Assembly: GCF_004010195.1 (NCBI RefSeq)
Contig: NC_057730.1
Coordinates: 46,985,065 to 47,049,064 of the forward strand
Direction of reading: 5' to 3'
Source: Chiloscyllium plagiosum
Lineage: Eukaryota
DNA: 64,000 nt
Both the position numbers and the translations under genes were made by a program. This document shows positions 40,771 to 55,245 of this stretch, in pieces. A model generated the notes under the pieces. The model did no database searches and was not told the DNA's origin. It saw only the letters and a list, made by a program, of their open reading frames with translations. The number at the start of each line of letters is the position of its first letter. Position 1 is the first letter of the stretch.

Positions 40771-41249
40771 TTTGTACCTGCTCCATTCTTAATAAGTGTT
40801 GTGACACAGTGACATTGAACACAAGGTGATACATGCCTGAGCTCAGTCATGATCATTTATGATCTGAAGGGGAACTTGGAGTTGATGGTTTTCTCATGCT
40901 GATATCTGATTACTCCAAATTCCTACCATCCCGATAACCCTTGATCCCCTCGCTCATCTATATTCTATTTACCTCTGTGTTAAAAATATTCAAAGACTCT
41001 GTCCTCACTGAATTTCAAGGTCAAGAGTTCTAAAGTCTCACTGCCCCCTGTGAGAAAGGGGTCTCATCTCTGTCCAACATGGTCATGATACACACACCAT
41101 CCTCCAATGGAATAATATGCCATTCCTTCACTGGCTCAACATCCTGGAACTCCCTCCCTACCAGCACCATTGGTGTATCTACTTACCCTTTCCCATGCTT
41201 GGACTACAACAACTCAATAAGTTATCTCACCACCACCATCTCAAATGCA

Positions 41250-41870
41250 ACTAGAGTCAATAGAGATGTACAGCATGAAAACAGACCCTTCAGTCCAACC
41301 CATCCACGCCGACCAGATATCCTAAATGAATCTAGTCTCATTTGCCAGCATTTGGCCCATATCCCTCTATGCATGTCTCTGTCCAGCTTTCTTTTAAATA
41401 TTCTAATTGTACCATCCTCCACCACTTCATCTGGCAGGTCATTCCATATGCACACCACCCTCATCATGAAAAGGTTGCCCCTTAAGTCCTTTTTAAATCT
41501 TTCCTCTCTCACCTTAAAGCTACACCCTCTAGTTTTGTACTCCCTTACCCTGGGGAAAAGACCTTGGCTGTTCATCCTATCCATGGCCCTCATGATCTTA
41601 TAAACCTTAAGCAGGTCTCCCCTCAACCTCCGACACTCCAGGGAAGATAATCCCACCTGTTCAGCCTCTCCCTATAGCTCAAATCCTCTGACCCAGACAA
41701 CATCTTTGTAAATCTTTTCTGAACCTTTTCAAGTTTCACAACATAAATCTTAGAACAGGAAACCAGAAATGAACGCAAGTATTCTAAAAGTGGCCTAACC
41801 AATGTCCTGTACAGCCGCAACATGACATCACAACTCTTATACTCAAAGCTGTGCCCACTAAAGGCAAATT
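41250..41870 (-). mobile_element. CR1/HER1 LINE 3' end
   Basis: LRLYRTLVRPLLEY, ECRRLRGDLLKVYKIMR, 3'UTR. Confidence 0.9.
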
Positions 41871-42489
41871 AGGCAAACACAATACGTACTGGCCTAGCTA
41901 GTGATACTCACGTCACAAGAATGAATACATTTTTTAAAAAGTGATCGTGTTATTGGAATCCCGGCCAACCTCGAGGAATGGATGAGTAATTCAGAGAATG
42001 ATGAGTCCAGATTCCACCACAGCAGTTTGAGAATGTGATTTTAGAAAGGAAGGAAATGTCGCTGGAAATATTTTTTAAATGTTAATATCTGTGGAAGTGG
42101 CCATGAAGTTGTATGAAAAATCAGATTTTCTTCATGTTCTGTTCTAAAAAAATCCAATGTGGACTGACTGTGACTCCAGCAAGGCCAACTGCCTTCTGAA
42201 GTGTCTCTGAAGCTGTCATTGAATTAAACTGTAGTGGAGAGTATTTAACATCAGTATCCAAAATGACTCAACCAAAAAAGCCCTCGTCATCTTTCTAGGG
42301 CAACTAGGGATTGGTAATAAATATTGCCCCTGCCAGAGTTCACAAGACGTTGGAGCAGAAGGACATCGAAACATAGAAGATAGGTGTAGGAGTAGGCCAT
42401 TCAACCCCTCGAGCTTGTTCTGCCATTCATTATAATCATGACTGATCATTGAACTCAGTATCCTAATCACACCTACCCCTCATATCATA

Positions 42490-44090
42490 TAGTCATAGAG
42501 ATGTACAGCATGGAAACAGACCCTTCGGTCCAACCCATCCATGCCGACCCAATCTAGTCCCATCTCCCAGCATCCGGCCCATATCCCTCCAAACCTTTCC
42601 TATTCATATACCCATCCAAATGCCTCTTAAATGTTGCAAGTGTACCAGCCTCCACCACTTCCTCTGGCAGTTCATTCCATATAAGTACCACCCTCTGCGT
42701 GAAAAGGTTGCCCCTTAGGTCTCTTTTATATCTTTCCCCTCTCACCCTAAACCTATGCCCTCTAGTTCTGGACTCCCCGACCTCAGGGAAAAGACTTTGC
42801 CTATTTACCCTATCCATGACCCTCATAATTTTGTAAACCTCTATGAGATCGTCCCTCAGCCTCCAACATTTCAAGGAAAACAGCCCCAGCCTGTTCAGCC
42901 TCTCCCTATAGCTCAAACCCTCCATCCTTGGCAACATCCTTGTAAATGTTTTCTGAACTGTTTCAAGTTTCACAACATCTTTCTGATAGGAAGAATTGCA
43001 CACAATATTCCAACAGTGGCCTAACTAATATCCTGTACAGCCGCAACATGACCTCCCAATTCCTGTACTCAATACTCTTACAAATAAAGGAAAGCATACC
43101 AAACGCCTTCTTCACTATCCTATCTACCTGCAACTCTGCTTTCAAGGACCTATGAACCTGCACTCCAAGGTCTCTCTTTGTTAAGCCACACTCCCTAGGA
43201 CCTTACCATTAAGTGTATAAGTCCTGCTAAGATTTGCTTTCCCAAAATGCAGCACTTTGCATTTATCTGAATTAAACTCCATCTGCCACTTCTCAGCCCA
43301 TTGGCCCATCTGGTCAAGATCCCGTTGTAATCTGAGGTAACCCTCTTCGCTGTCCACTACACCTCCAATTTTGGTGTCATCTGCAAACTTACTAACCGTA
43401 CCTCTTATGCTCGCATCCAAATCATTTATGGGATTCCCTCCAACAACCTGCCCACCACCAACGTTAGGCTCACTGGTCTAAAGTTCCCTGACTTGTCCTT
43501 ACCACCCTTCTTAAACAATGGCACCACGTTAGCCAACCTCCAGTCATCTGGCACCTCACCTGTGACTATCGATGATACAAATATCTCAGCAAGAGACCCA
43601 GCAATCACTTCTCTAGCTTCCCACAGTGTTCTCGAGCACACCTGATCAGGTCCTGGGGATTTATCCACCTTTACGCGTTTCAAGACATCCAGCACTTCCT
43701 CCACTGTATTATGGACATTTTGCAAGGTGTCACTATCTATTTCCCTACAGTCTATATCTTCCATATCCTTTTCCACAGTAAATACTGATGCAAAATACTC
43801 GTTTAGTATCTCCCCCATTTTCTGCGGCTCCACACAAAGGCCGCCTTGCTGATCTTTGAGGGGGCCTATTCTCTCCCTGGTTGCCCTTTTGTCCTTAATG
43901 TATTTGTGAAAACCCTATGGATTCTCCTTAATTCTATTTGCCAAAGCTATCTCATGTCCCCTTCTTGCCCTCCTGATTTCCCTCTTAATTAGACTCCTAC
44001 TTCCTTTATACTTTTCCAAGGATTCTCTCGATGTATCCTGTCTATACCTTACATATGCTTCCTTCTTTTTCTTAAACAAACCCTCAATCT
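42490..44090 (-). mobile_element. CR1/HER1 LINE with an internal deletion of part of the RT core
   Basis: Minus ORFs 43426-43833, 43181-43420 (KFADDTKIGG), 42963-43163 and 42554-43003. The QHGF..DFSKAFD..QGS segment is missing at ~43430. Confidence 0.92.
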
Positions 44091-45400
44091 TAATCTAATG
44101 TATTCCCATTTGCCAGCAGTTAGCCCATATCCCTTTAATCCCTTCATATTCAAGTACCCATCCTGATGCCTTTTAAATGTTGTAATTTACCAACCTCCAC
44201 AACTTCCTCTGGCAGCTCATTCCATACACACACAAAACTCTGCGGGAAAAAGTTGTCCCTTAGGTCCCTTTTAAATTCTTCCCCTTCACCCTAAACCTAT
44301 GCCCTTTAGTTCTGGGCTCCCTCAGCCCAGGGAAAAAACCTTGTCTATTTACCCTATCCATGCCCCTCATGATTTTATAAACCTCAAGTTTCACAACATT
44401 CTTCCTATAGGAGGGAGACTAGAATTGCTCACAACATTCCAAAAGTGGCCTAACCAATGCCATTGATCCCTTTAGCCACAAGCTCTCAACCATTTTCTGT
44501 GGCAGTGAATTCCACAGGCTCACAACTCACTGAATGAAGAAAGTTCTCATGTCAGTCCTAAAATGTTTGCTGCTATATCCTTAAACTATGACCCCTGCAT
44601 CTGAACTCGCCGATCATCAAGAATGTCCTTCCTGCATCTGACCTGGCTCGTCTTCTTAGAATTTCATAGGTTTCTATGAAATCCTCCCTCATTTTTCTAA
44701 ATTCCAGTGAATACAATTCTAACTGACTCAGTCTCTCCTCATACATCGGTCCTACCAATTTTGCTTCAATCCCTCTAGAGCAAGAATATCCCTCCTCAGA
44801 TAAGGAGACCAAACACTGCACACATTCCAGGTCTGGCCTCACCAATGCCGTTATAATTACACTAAGGCATTCTTATTCCTGTACTCAACTCCTCTCACTA
44901 TGAAAGCCAACATACAGTTGGCCTTCTTTACCACCCGCTGCACCTACATACTTACTTTCAGTGACTGGCGCATGAGGAGACCTCGGTGTCATTGAACATT
45001 CCACTCTCTCAATTTACAGCCATTCCAATAATAATCTGCCCTCCTTTTTGTTACCAAGGTGGATAGCCTTATACTTATCCACATTAAACTGCATCTGCCA
45101 TGCATTTTCCAACTCGGCCTGTTCAAATCACACTGCAACAACGCTTCATCCTCCTCACAGCTCACCCTTCCACCCAGCCTTGTGTCATCTGCAAATTCTG
45201 AAATGCTACATTTTGTTTCCTCATCTAAATCTTTAATGTGTATTGTGAATAACTGTAATGCTCGGCCCAATTCCTGTAATACTCACTGGTCACTGTTTAC
45301 CAATCAGAAAAAAAGCCCATTTATTCCTCCTCTTTGTTTTCTGTTTGCTAATCAATTTTCTATCCATTTCAAAACACTAACTCCAATCAAGTCCAACAAG
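44090..45400 (-). mobile_element. Further CR1 fragments (44090-44460 HER1 3' part; 44460-45400 older CR1 whose tail lies at 42365-42485)
   Basis: EFADDTRLGG and YEERLSQLELYSLEFR remnants; the tail is separated by younger insertions. Confidence 0.8.
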
Positions 45401-45524
45401 TCTGCACCATCATTAAGTGACTCCATGGCGAATCTAAAAATCCTCAATTTCACTTCACTGCTTTATCCTCATAAACCTGACTCTTTTGATTAGAAATCTG
45501 TGTGTTTTCATAGGATTTTCATAG

Positions 45525-45985
45525 AATTAAAGAATCCCTACAGTGCAGAAGGAGGCTTTTCAGCCGGTTGAGTCTGCACTGACCCTCCAAAGAGCATCCT
45601 ATCCAGACCCAGGTCCCTATCTTATCCTGTAATCCCACATTCCCCATGGCGGATCCAACTAGCCTACATATCCCTGAAGGCTAAGGACAATTTCAGCATG
45701 CCCAATCCACCTGGCACATCTCGCAACATTTAAGAGGCATTTGTATGGGTATATGAATAGGAAGGGTTTAGAGGGATGTGAGCCAGGTGCTGGCAGGTGG
45801 AATGAGATTGGATTGGGATATCTGGTCAGCATGAACAAGTTGGATTGAAGGATCTGTTTCTGTGCTGTATGACTCTACGATTGTATCTCTGGACTGTGGG
45901 AGGAAACTGGAGGACTCAGAGGAAACCCACCCATACACAAGATGGAAACTCCACACACAGTTGCCTGATGCTGGAATCGAACCCA
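45525..45985 (-). mobile_element. HE1-type SINE interrupted by a plus-strand HER1 3' end (45722-45880)
   Basis: SINE tail at 45525-45720, core ggactgtgggaggaaactgg resuming at ~45885; LINE 3'UTR in between. Confidence 0.8.
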
Positions 45986-47989
45986 GGTCTCTGGCTCTGT
46001 AAGACAGTTTTGAATAGACTTAACAAGCCAGTGTCAACAGTGGGTGTTGCTGGCTGGGCCAGCATTTATTGCCCATTCCAAACGGTAGTTAAGAGTCAAC
46101 CACATTGCTGTGGGTTGGAAGTTACATGGAGAGCACATCAGGTAAAGTCAGCAGTTTCCTTTCCTAAATGACATTAATGAACCAGATGAGTTTTTCCTAA
46201 CAATCAACAAAGATTTTATCATCATCATTCGACTCTTAATTCCATATTTTTATTGAATTCAAATTCAAATTTTATTGAATTCCTCAGAACGTTATCTGGG
46301 TTAATAGTCTAATAGTGATTAATCTAATAATGATAATATCATGAGGCCATTGCTTCCTCTTTGTTGCTCATCCCTAACTGGGCTTGAGAAGCTTTGCCTT
46401 CTTGAACTGGTACGGTCTAAGAGTTGTAAGTACACTTACATGCTGTTTAGAAAGAGGATGTGTTGGATACTTTCTTCAACCTAGAATTGCATTTGTTTTA
46501 ATTATTTTTCTTCAAGAATATCTGTCTATCGGAAATGACCCCACAGGTAAGTTCACCATCATACCTTTTCTAATTAAGACCCTGAGTGTTGTCCAACTAT
46601 GAGCAAAAATCATTTCCCTTCTTAGAGATGCAGAACTGATAAAGAACTAAACCATAAAATGTTTCGAATGCATAATTGAAGACCATTATTATCCAGTACA
46701 TGCTCCAGCCTCTGCAGTGCTAACTGATTGTGCTGAAAACAATGTTTTTAATTAAAATGTTTCTGTAAATTTAGAATTCCACTTTAAAAACTACTGACAT
46801 TCTTTCACTTATGGTGGCAGCATTTGGCTTGAGGCTGCATGTCCTAGATAAGTTGAATTGCTACCGTTTACATATGCTAGTATTAAAAAGTCACCCACTG
46901 CAGCATTTACAAATGACAGTCAAATTTGAACTGCTTCTTAAAATGAGAATTCTGTTTCTTTACAGGAGAAATATGAATAACGTGCATAACTCACTGGAAC
47001 TGTCAAATCTCGAGTCTCCAATGTGGGAATCGCAGGACGGCATCTTCAATGACCTCTGTTCAAACATAGAAACTAAAGGTCAGCAGAATTATGGAGCAAT
47101 AAACAAAAACTACATGTTCTTTTTAATGGACTTTTAAGAAAAAAAATGGTGAACATCTTAAAAGTCACAGTAAGACTCAGAAAACCTATCAAAACCAAAA
47201 GTCTAGAAAGCAATATTGATGACAGAGGGAATGATAGATTATTGGGGATATGCAGAAATGTAGTGTTGATGGTAAATCAAATCAGCTATGATCTTACTGA
47301 ATTGAAGCCCAATGGACTTACTTTTGTTTCTTGTTCATGTGTCTGTATGTTCATAGAGGTGTTTTTTTAATGTACACAAGAGCAAATGTCAGCAGACAAA
47401 ATAAATGAAGATAATTTCTCAAAGCATCTCAACTTGATTTGAAAAATACATAATGAACCTGCAAGTTGACGATGCACTTAAAAATATAAAGAAAAACCTA
47501 AAAACGAAACTAAAATGTTCATAATATACGATAAAGAAAATACTTTTTGATATTCTATCAACCACAAGGCACAACTCAGGATTTTCATGAAATAGTTTAG
47601 GTGAGTGCATATCAAAAAACACACAAAAAGCCTAAAACCATTCAAGGCAAAGCAGCCTGCTTGACTGGCAACCCATTCACCATCTTAAACAGTCACTTCT
47701 TCCATGATCAGTGTACAGGGCAATAGAGTGTCCTTTTAACAAGTACAAGATGCACTGCCACAGCTCATCAAGGCTCCTGTGGCAGCATCTTCCGAACACA
47801 GGAGCAGGAGCATTTGAAAGACCTCAGTTTCTCCTTCACGTTACACACCATTCTCATTGAGGTCAGGCAGGTATCCCTCACTGTTCCTTCAATATCACTG
47901 AGTCGCAATGCTACAGTTCCTTCACTAAACCACATGAGCTGTAATGGGTCAAGAAGGATGCTCTTGCTCTTGAAGAAGTGCAGCCAGGA

Positions 47990-48470
47990 TTTACCAGGCT
48001 GATTCTGGGGATGGTGGGACTGACGTACAAGGGGAGATTGACTCGATTAGGATTGTTTTCACTGGAGTTCAGACAAGTGAGGGGGAACGCATAGAGATGT
48101 ATAAAAGTCTAGCAAGACTAGACAGGTTAGATACAGGAAGGATGTTCCCAATGGTGGGTGTGTCCAGAACCCGGGTCACAGTGTGAGGATTTGGGGTGGA
48201 CCTTTTAGGACAGAGATGAGGAGACATTTCTTTATCCAAAGAGTGGTGAGCCTGTGGAATTCATTACCACAGGAAGTAGTTGATGTTAAAACATTGAATC
48301 TATTCAAGAGGCGACTAGATATAGCACTTGGGGCAAATAGGATCAAAGGTTATGGAGAGAAAGCAGGAGTAGGCTATTGGGCTGGATGATCAGCCATGAT
48401 CATGATGAATGGCAGAGCAGTCTTGAAGGGCTGAATGGCCTTCTCCTGCTCCTATCTTTTATGTTTCTAT
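47990..48470 (+). mobile_element. CR1 LINE 3' end
   Basis: PFRTEMRRHFFIQRVVSLWNSLPQEVV ORF remnant; tail ending atgtttctatg. Confidence 0.88.
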
Positions 48471-49319
48471 GATTCAGAACCAACTCTTAAGGGTAAATTA
48501 GAGAAAGCAATAAAGGCAAGCGGTACTCACACCCTATGAATATATTAAAAATCAAAGCAAATAGTAACATAAATCAAGATGGAATGGAATCAATTTCGAT
48601 AGCTTTCACAGTATGGGCACAATTGTCCAAAATGCCTCTTTCTATGCTGTCTTATTGCATGATTTTACAATTGTTCAGAAACAGTTTCAGGACTAGTAAT
48701 GGGAAAAGTTAAACAAGAACGAGGTTCTGTTTAAGATATACTGGAGTAAACGTACATTAGGTATTTATCAGATGATAGCAGAGAATAAATCCTCTTACTG
48801 GTTGAATTGGTGAGTGCAATGATTAGCATAGAAGTGAACCATGCACAAACAGATAAGAGGCTGGATTTTCAGACTTTGGTGAACATCAGCTCAGGTGGTC
48901 ATGGAAACACTAAAAGTGCCATCATGGACTCCAGTCCATTATGGAGAAATGTCTGCTCCTCATTGCTGTGATTGGAAGTGCCATCACTGGCAATCAGATA
49001 AAGCCAGATTTGTCTTAGGTTCAATTTCCCCGGTGTTTGATCTTCACTGTTTACATTTTTGTATGGAAGATGTTTTTGTTCACAAAATGTTGACTTCAAA
49101 AGATGTTAGCAGGTTTCCAGCAATTGATAAGCTGAAGAATAAATGATGCACTCGGGTTTGAAGAGAAAGTAATGATTAACTGAAATTTAAGCATTTGAAG
49201 GTAATCATTGAATGAAACAAAGGTAATAAAATAAAGTACAACACGCACTAGTAGATGCTTTGGAGAATCAAATGGTTTCCCTCAGAATTTGAAGGCGCAA
49301 AATGTGAATCCAACCTTTG

Positions 49320-50310
49320 ACCTTGTGTGATCTTGACTTGCTTTCCCTATTTCCACATTCCCACAATCCAAAGGGTGGACACAGGTCTTATTACATTTCA
49401 CTGAGATAACGCACTAGAAATCAAGCCCCATTATACCCAGAGTCAGTTAAGGATTTTAAAACATGTGCAGAATTCCCCAATTTACCTATATTTCAGACTC
49501 ATGTTGACAGAATGCATGGACAGATTTCTGTACTTAACAGGAATGACTCTTTAGTGCAAGTAACTATAAATAAACAACTATGAATTATAGGCATATAACT
49601 CCACTAGTTAATGCTCTAACTCAATTATAAAACTGTACATACACACACACAAATTAAGATAGGTATTATGGACGAAAAGAAAGACTGGGAAGACATGTCA
49701 GTTGTCCCAATCCTCAAAGTTTGCTTAGATGATCCTTTTACTGATCAGGACGTTGTTTCTCAATCTTCCTTCTCCAGGTACGTTCACTTGTTTGAAGGAG
49801 GCGCAGGGTGACTTGTTCATAGTTCCAGTGGTCTCTAGTCTATTAATTAAAAGTCACAATTTTTTGCAAATTGTAAGGGGAATCAACTGGCTATCTTCAG
49901 GCTTGAGATGCTTTTTACTACAGACCACAGACTGCTCTTTCATTGTTGGAAATCTGATGCTTCTGATCCGAACATTTATACCCCAAAGTGTTTAGCAACC
50001 TGGGAGCCAATTACACAGTTGTTAACAGGCAGAAAGCCTTTGTCATTGATGACTGGTCATCTTACCAAATCAGTTACTGATTGCCAGTCAAATCTCCATT
50101 CATACACAATCCCCCGACTCTAGCTGCTGTTGTCTCCAACGTTAAATATCCTGTGTGTTTTTCTCAATAAGGGAATCCCAGCCTTCCTTTGACCTGTAAC
50201 AACCAAATTACCAGTCTATTTTCAGGTAAATATTTGAACATGTCACATAATTGCTTTCATTTACCCTAAGTTTACAAAACCATCCCAAAGCAAAATCATC
50301 TTATAATCAG
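49320..50310 (-). mobile_element. Possible solo LTR (boundaries uncertain)
   Basis: Composition and motifs resemble shark LTR-type repeats from recall; TG start near 49324; no TSD confirmed. Confidence 0.3.
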
Positions 50311-50329
50311 TGAATTCAGAACATTAGGA

Positions 50330-52030
50330 AGGATTTGTTTGGCTTTGGACAGAGTATAGCATAGATTTACCAGAATGATGACTGGATTCAAGGGTCACGA
50401 TCGACAATTTACAAGTTAGGCTTCTATTTCCAAGAATTTAAAAATTTAAGAAATCAGTTGATCCAATATTTCAAAATAATTAAGGGGACCAGATGGACAG
50501 AAAGAGAAACCATTACTGCCAAATAGGGAGTGCAGAACAAGGGAATCTGACTTTTCAAGAATGAAATTAGGAAACATTTCTACCCACCAAGGATGAGTGA
50601 TTTTTTAAAAATTTGAACAACAATTAATGTTAAATCAGTTGTTCATTTCAAATCTGACATTGATAGGTTATGACTTGACAAAGGTATTAAACAATAAAGG
50701 TTTGGAACAGAGGCAGGTATCTAGAATTAAGTCACAGTTCAGCCATAAGCTCATTGATTGGATGCAGTAGCCCCTATAGATTAAATGATTCCTCAGTCTG
50801 TTGCCACTTTCTTATTTGAAATTCTCTGGGAATGCAGCAGAATTGGGAAATGAAAGTAAGGTATTCTGATGTTTTGTAAATGTTTTGATAAAATTTCTCA
50901 CAGGAAAAGTAACACTTCACATGCAATTAAAGGAAGTTTGAGCATAAATGGACTATGATTCCTGTGAGAAAGTACTGGAGATAATGATGACCCTTGGAAT
51001 TATTTTGTATCGGTTTTGATTAATATACTTGTAAAATATACTAGTCTTGAGACAAAGATCAAAGAAAGGTGAAAACCTTTGAAACTCAAGGTTTTAACTT
51101 TTAAAGAGGAGAGAACGTGGCATTAAATGGAATGTTCACATATCTTTGTCTCTTTGTTGTTAGGAGTCTGGATAGTGTCCTTTAACTTTTTGATGTGAAT
51201 TTGAATTCAGCCAGAATAGTGAGGTAAGGTATCAAGTATAAGGATTGAGTTTAGGCAAGTAGACATCCTCTTCCCTGGCATGATTTATAATTTTTTTGCA
51301 AGATTACTGTGATTTTCCAAAATTCCCCAGATTGAAGAATAGTCCCAATGGAAGATACACTTGCAAATGTAACAATCACATTAAACAGGGAACGACAGGA
51401 CAGTTAGCCTGACATCCGTTGTCATGGAAATTAAGGTATTATGGAAGTCTTAGAAAATCAGACAATGAGCAGATGGAATGAACACTGTTTTCTGAAAAGG
51501 AAATGGTGTTTGACAAATATGTTAAAGACTTCTGAGGATGTAACTAATAGGATCGATAAATAGGAATCAATTGATATATTATTCTTGGACATCCAAAAGG
51601 CATTCAATAGATGCTATACAAAAAGGATAATCTGCAAGATAAGGGCTTGTGAAGTAAAATATCAGTGTGGTTTCCTGATTGATTAATAGGCTGCAAGCAG
51701 AGAGTGGGGAGCACAGCTGGAGTACTGTTCATATTTTGTATCTCCATATTTAAGGGAGGATAGCATTGAAGGAAAGACAGTGAAAGTCCACAAGTTTAGT
51801 TCCATGGATGAGACTCTTATCCTATGATGAGAAGCTGGGTAAATTGGCCATCTACTTTCCAATGTTTAGCAGCATAAGAGGGGTTCACAGGCAAGCACTG
51901 AATGATTGTTTCCCAGAGCTGAGGAATTTGGTCACAGTCTCAGGATAAAAGGTTGATCATTTCAGAATGACATCAGATATTTTTTTAGCTTGGGGGGGGG
52001 GGAGGTTGTTGTCAAGGGACATGGGGAATG
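50330..52030 (+). mobile_element. Highly decayed CR1 fragments (50330-50790 and 51200-52030)
   Basis: Degenerate RT-coding DNA (gttagcctgacatccgttgtc, tgtttgacaaat, ttggacatccaaaaggcattcaatag). Confidence 0.6.
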
Positions 52031-53061
52031 GGTTGAAGTGACAGAGGGCAGCTTGCTCCAATGAGAGTCTCCTTAGGATGTGTGAGTTAGACCAACAACA
52101 AGACATCAACTGATGTTAGATCATCAGAGTGGGTGGAACTTTTACCCCAAACAAAGTGCATTGGTATTTGTCAAATTGGAAAATTCAGATCTATAAAGTT
52201 AGGGAATGTTGAAAGAAATCAATGAGGTTAGACTTATTTACACTGAAGAGAATGGATGGGGGAGGGGGTTACGATTATTAAGGAAATCTTAAATTCAATG
52301 TGACTGAAAGACGAACTGCTTCAGATCAGCTTGTTCAGGCCGATTTTAATGTCTGTTGTCAGAACTGGTGGCATGTCCACAAGTATTGCCCACAAGTTTG
52401 CTATTTCTAGGTTCAGCCAAATTTCCATCATGTCAGCGAGCTGCAGTCATGAGTCATGCCTGGAACTGGGAGCTGGCCTGTTAGGGAACAGGAAATTGCA
52501 TGCTGCTGGAGTTCTGCCAAGGAACTGGAGCAAATGCTTAAAAGGATAGTGGTGTTCTTGCTGCCAAAGAAGTCAATAGCCACCCTATGGGAAATAGACA
52601 GCGACCTTGGGGAGAGTGCACAGGCAGAGGCATGAAATGTAAGCAAACAAGAACAGCTAACAGTAGCGCAGGAAGAGAAAAGGGCCAACAACCAGAGCAT
52701 ATCCATATTTTTCTCTGAATGGGAATGCAGGCCACTCCAGTTTAGTTTTTCTTCAGATCATGAGGTTTTTTTTCTGAATATGATTGATTATTAGAGGCTT
52801 AACTGGAGAATGTTCCATGGAATTTTCAGCCCAATGTGCTGAATAATGTGGAGGAGACTACAAATCTCTGCATATGGAGTTTTATTGTTCAGCACCTCGC
52901 CATGCAGCACCTCCTCATGCTGAGCTAATCTGCAATAGTGTCGCTACGAGGGAGCCTGAAATGGAATAGGACCCTTGCGCAGGAGTAGAATCGCCATACA
53001 GTCCCTGGGGTCTACCACCTCATCTTCCGAGAGGGAGGCATTGAGACAGTCTCCAGTTAGT

Positions 53062-53390
53062 GGGCGGCACGGTGGCACAGTGGTTAGCACTGCTGCCTCA
53101 CAGCGCCTGAGACCCGGGTTCAATTCCCGCCTCAGGCGACTGACTGTGTGGAGTTTGCACGTTCTCCCCGTGTCTGCGTGGGTTTCCTCCGGGTGCTCCG
53201 GTTTCCTCCCACAGTCCAAAAGATGTGCAGGGTCAGGTGAATTGGCCATGCTAAATTGCCCGTAGTGTTAGGTAAGGGGTAAATGTAGGGGTATGGGTGG
53301 GTTTCGCTTCGGCGGGTCGGTGAGGACTTGTTGGGCCGAAGGGCCTGTTTCCACACTGTAATCTAATCTAATCTAAATCTAAATCTAATC
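53062..53390 (+). mobile_element. Young HE1 SINE with (AATCT)n tail
   Basis: CpG-rich, intact A box TGGCACAGTGG and B box GGTTCAATTCC, microsatellite tail. Confidence 0.95.
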
Positions 53391-54204
53391 TTAACTCATT
53401 GACTCTCATTGAATCTGTTCATTGTATGAGCATAGAATCAATCCTGTAATGACCACAGCACAGAAGGATGTCATTGATTGTGGCTATGCTGGATCTCTGT
53501 AGGAGCCGCTCAACAAGTACCAGTCCCTTGCCCTTTCCCCGGCGGGTGTGTTGGTGTGACAGTTCCCTGAGGCAGGGATGACATGGACTTGGTACATGTT
53601 GTCGCCTTTACAAATCGCAATACTCCAATGGCATTCCACTGCTGTTGTCTGGTCAGTATACAAACACCACAAGTCAGTCAACTAGACTGTTCCCACACTT
53701 GCTGAAATGAAGCAAAAACATCAACTTGAATTTACGTTGAATTGTTAACTGAATAAAATGTCCCAAGGTGCTTCATAGGCATGTTAGAAGCCAAAAAAAA
53801 CCTGACATTTAATCACATTTCACAATGTTAGGACAGATGAGCAAAAGCTTGGTCAAAAATGTAGGTTGGAGGGAGAAGGATATAGTCAATTGCTGAAGAG
53901 GTTTAGTGAGGGAATTTGAGTACATGAAGGCATGGCCAACAGTTATCGCGCAATTGAAATTGGGATTCTGAGGAGATTTGAATTAAATGAAATCTTAGAG
54001 CGTAATGAGGTTCGAGGACATCAGGATTGAAAGACTGAAAAACTAGGACGTGAATTTGATGATTGAATCATTGCTTAATTTAAAGCAAATGTGGGTCAAT
54101 GAGACCATGAGTAAGTGAATGAGACTTGCTGCAACTTTGGACATGGACATCAGAGATTTGGGGTGACCTCAAGTTTATGGAAATGAGAGTCTGGCCAGGA
54201 GTGA

Positions 54205-54437
54205 CATGGTTGCTCTGTGATTAGCACTGCTGCCTCACAGCACCAGGGACTCAGGTTCAATTCCAGCCTTGGGCGGCTGTCCGTGTGGAGTTTGTTATGT
54301 GTGTAAGTTAGAAGAATGAGCTGTGGGAAATGCAGGGTTATAGGGTAGGGGTGGGGTGTGGGTGGGATGCTCTTTGGATGGTCGGTGTGGACATGATGGG
54401 CCAAATGGCCTGTGTCCACACTGTAGGGATTCTATGT
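54205..54437 (+). mobile_element. HE1-type SINE with internal deletion
   Basis: Head and tail present, central core missing. Confidence 0.8.
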
Positions 54438-54769
54438 TCCTTGGAGTATTTAAGCATAAAGGCAACATGGTCGTGGATGAAGCTTTCAGCACCAGGTGAA
54501 CTGAGTTCATGGAGGAAGTGAGCAATGCACTTGAGGAAAAAATATAAAATCCAGATGATGTTGTGGTTATGTGGTCAGAAGTCAATTTCTGGTCAAAGTT
54601 GACATCAAAGTTAAGAGCAGTCTTGTTCAGCCTCAGATAATTGCCAGGGGGAGAGGGATGGAGTCAATAAGTAGGGAACTGATTTTATGGTAAGGTCATA
54701 ATCTTTCCCGATATTTAACTGGAAGGAATTCTGTTCATCCAATACAGGATGTCAGACAGAGAGTGTTGG

Positions 54770-55245
54770 TGCAGGCTTGCTTTAAAGATGAGAGACCTGT
54801 GACCAGTGGAGTGCCACAAGGATCTGTGCTGGTCCACTGCTTTTCATCATTTATATAAATGATTTGGATGTGAATATAGGAACTATTGTTGGTAAGTTGC
54901 AGCTGACACCAAAATTGGAAGAGTAGTGAACAGTGAAGAAGGTTACCTCAGAGTACAACGAAATCTTGATCAGATGGGCCAATGGGTCGAGGAGTGGCAG
55001 ATGGACTTTAATTTAGATAAATGTAAGATGCTGCATTTTGGAAAGCAAATCAGGGCAGGACTCATGGACTTAATAATAAGATAGTGTTGCTGAAAAAAGA
55101 GACTTTGGAGTACAGGTTCATAATTCCTTGACAGTAGAGTCACAGGTAAATATCTTATACTTGCCTTTATTGGCCTGTGCATTGAATATCAGAGTTGGGA
55201 GGTCATGTTGCTGCTGCAGAGAATATTGATTAGGCCCCTGTTGGA
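54770..55245 (+). mobile_element. CR1 LINE fragment
   Basis: accagtggagtgccacaaggatctgtgct (SGVPQGSV) and later RT remnants. Confidence 0.85.

Noticed and set aside
53062-53135. tRNA gene-like A and B boxes
   Set aside because: Head of an HE1 SINE; no complete cloverleaf.
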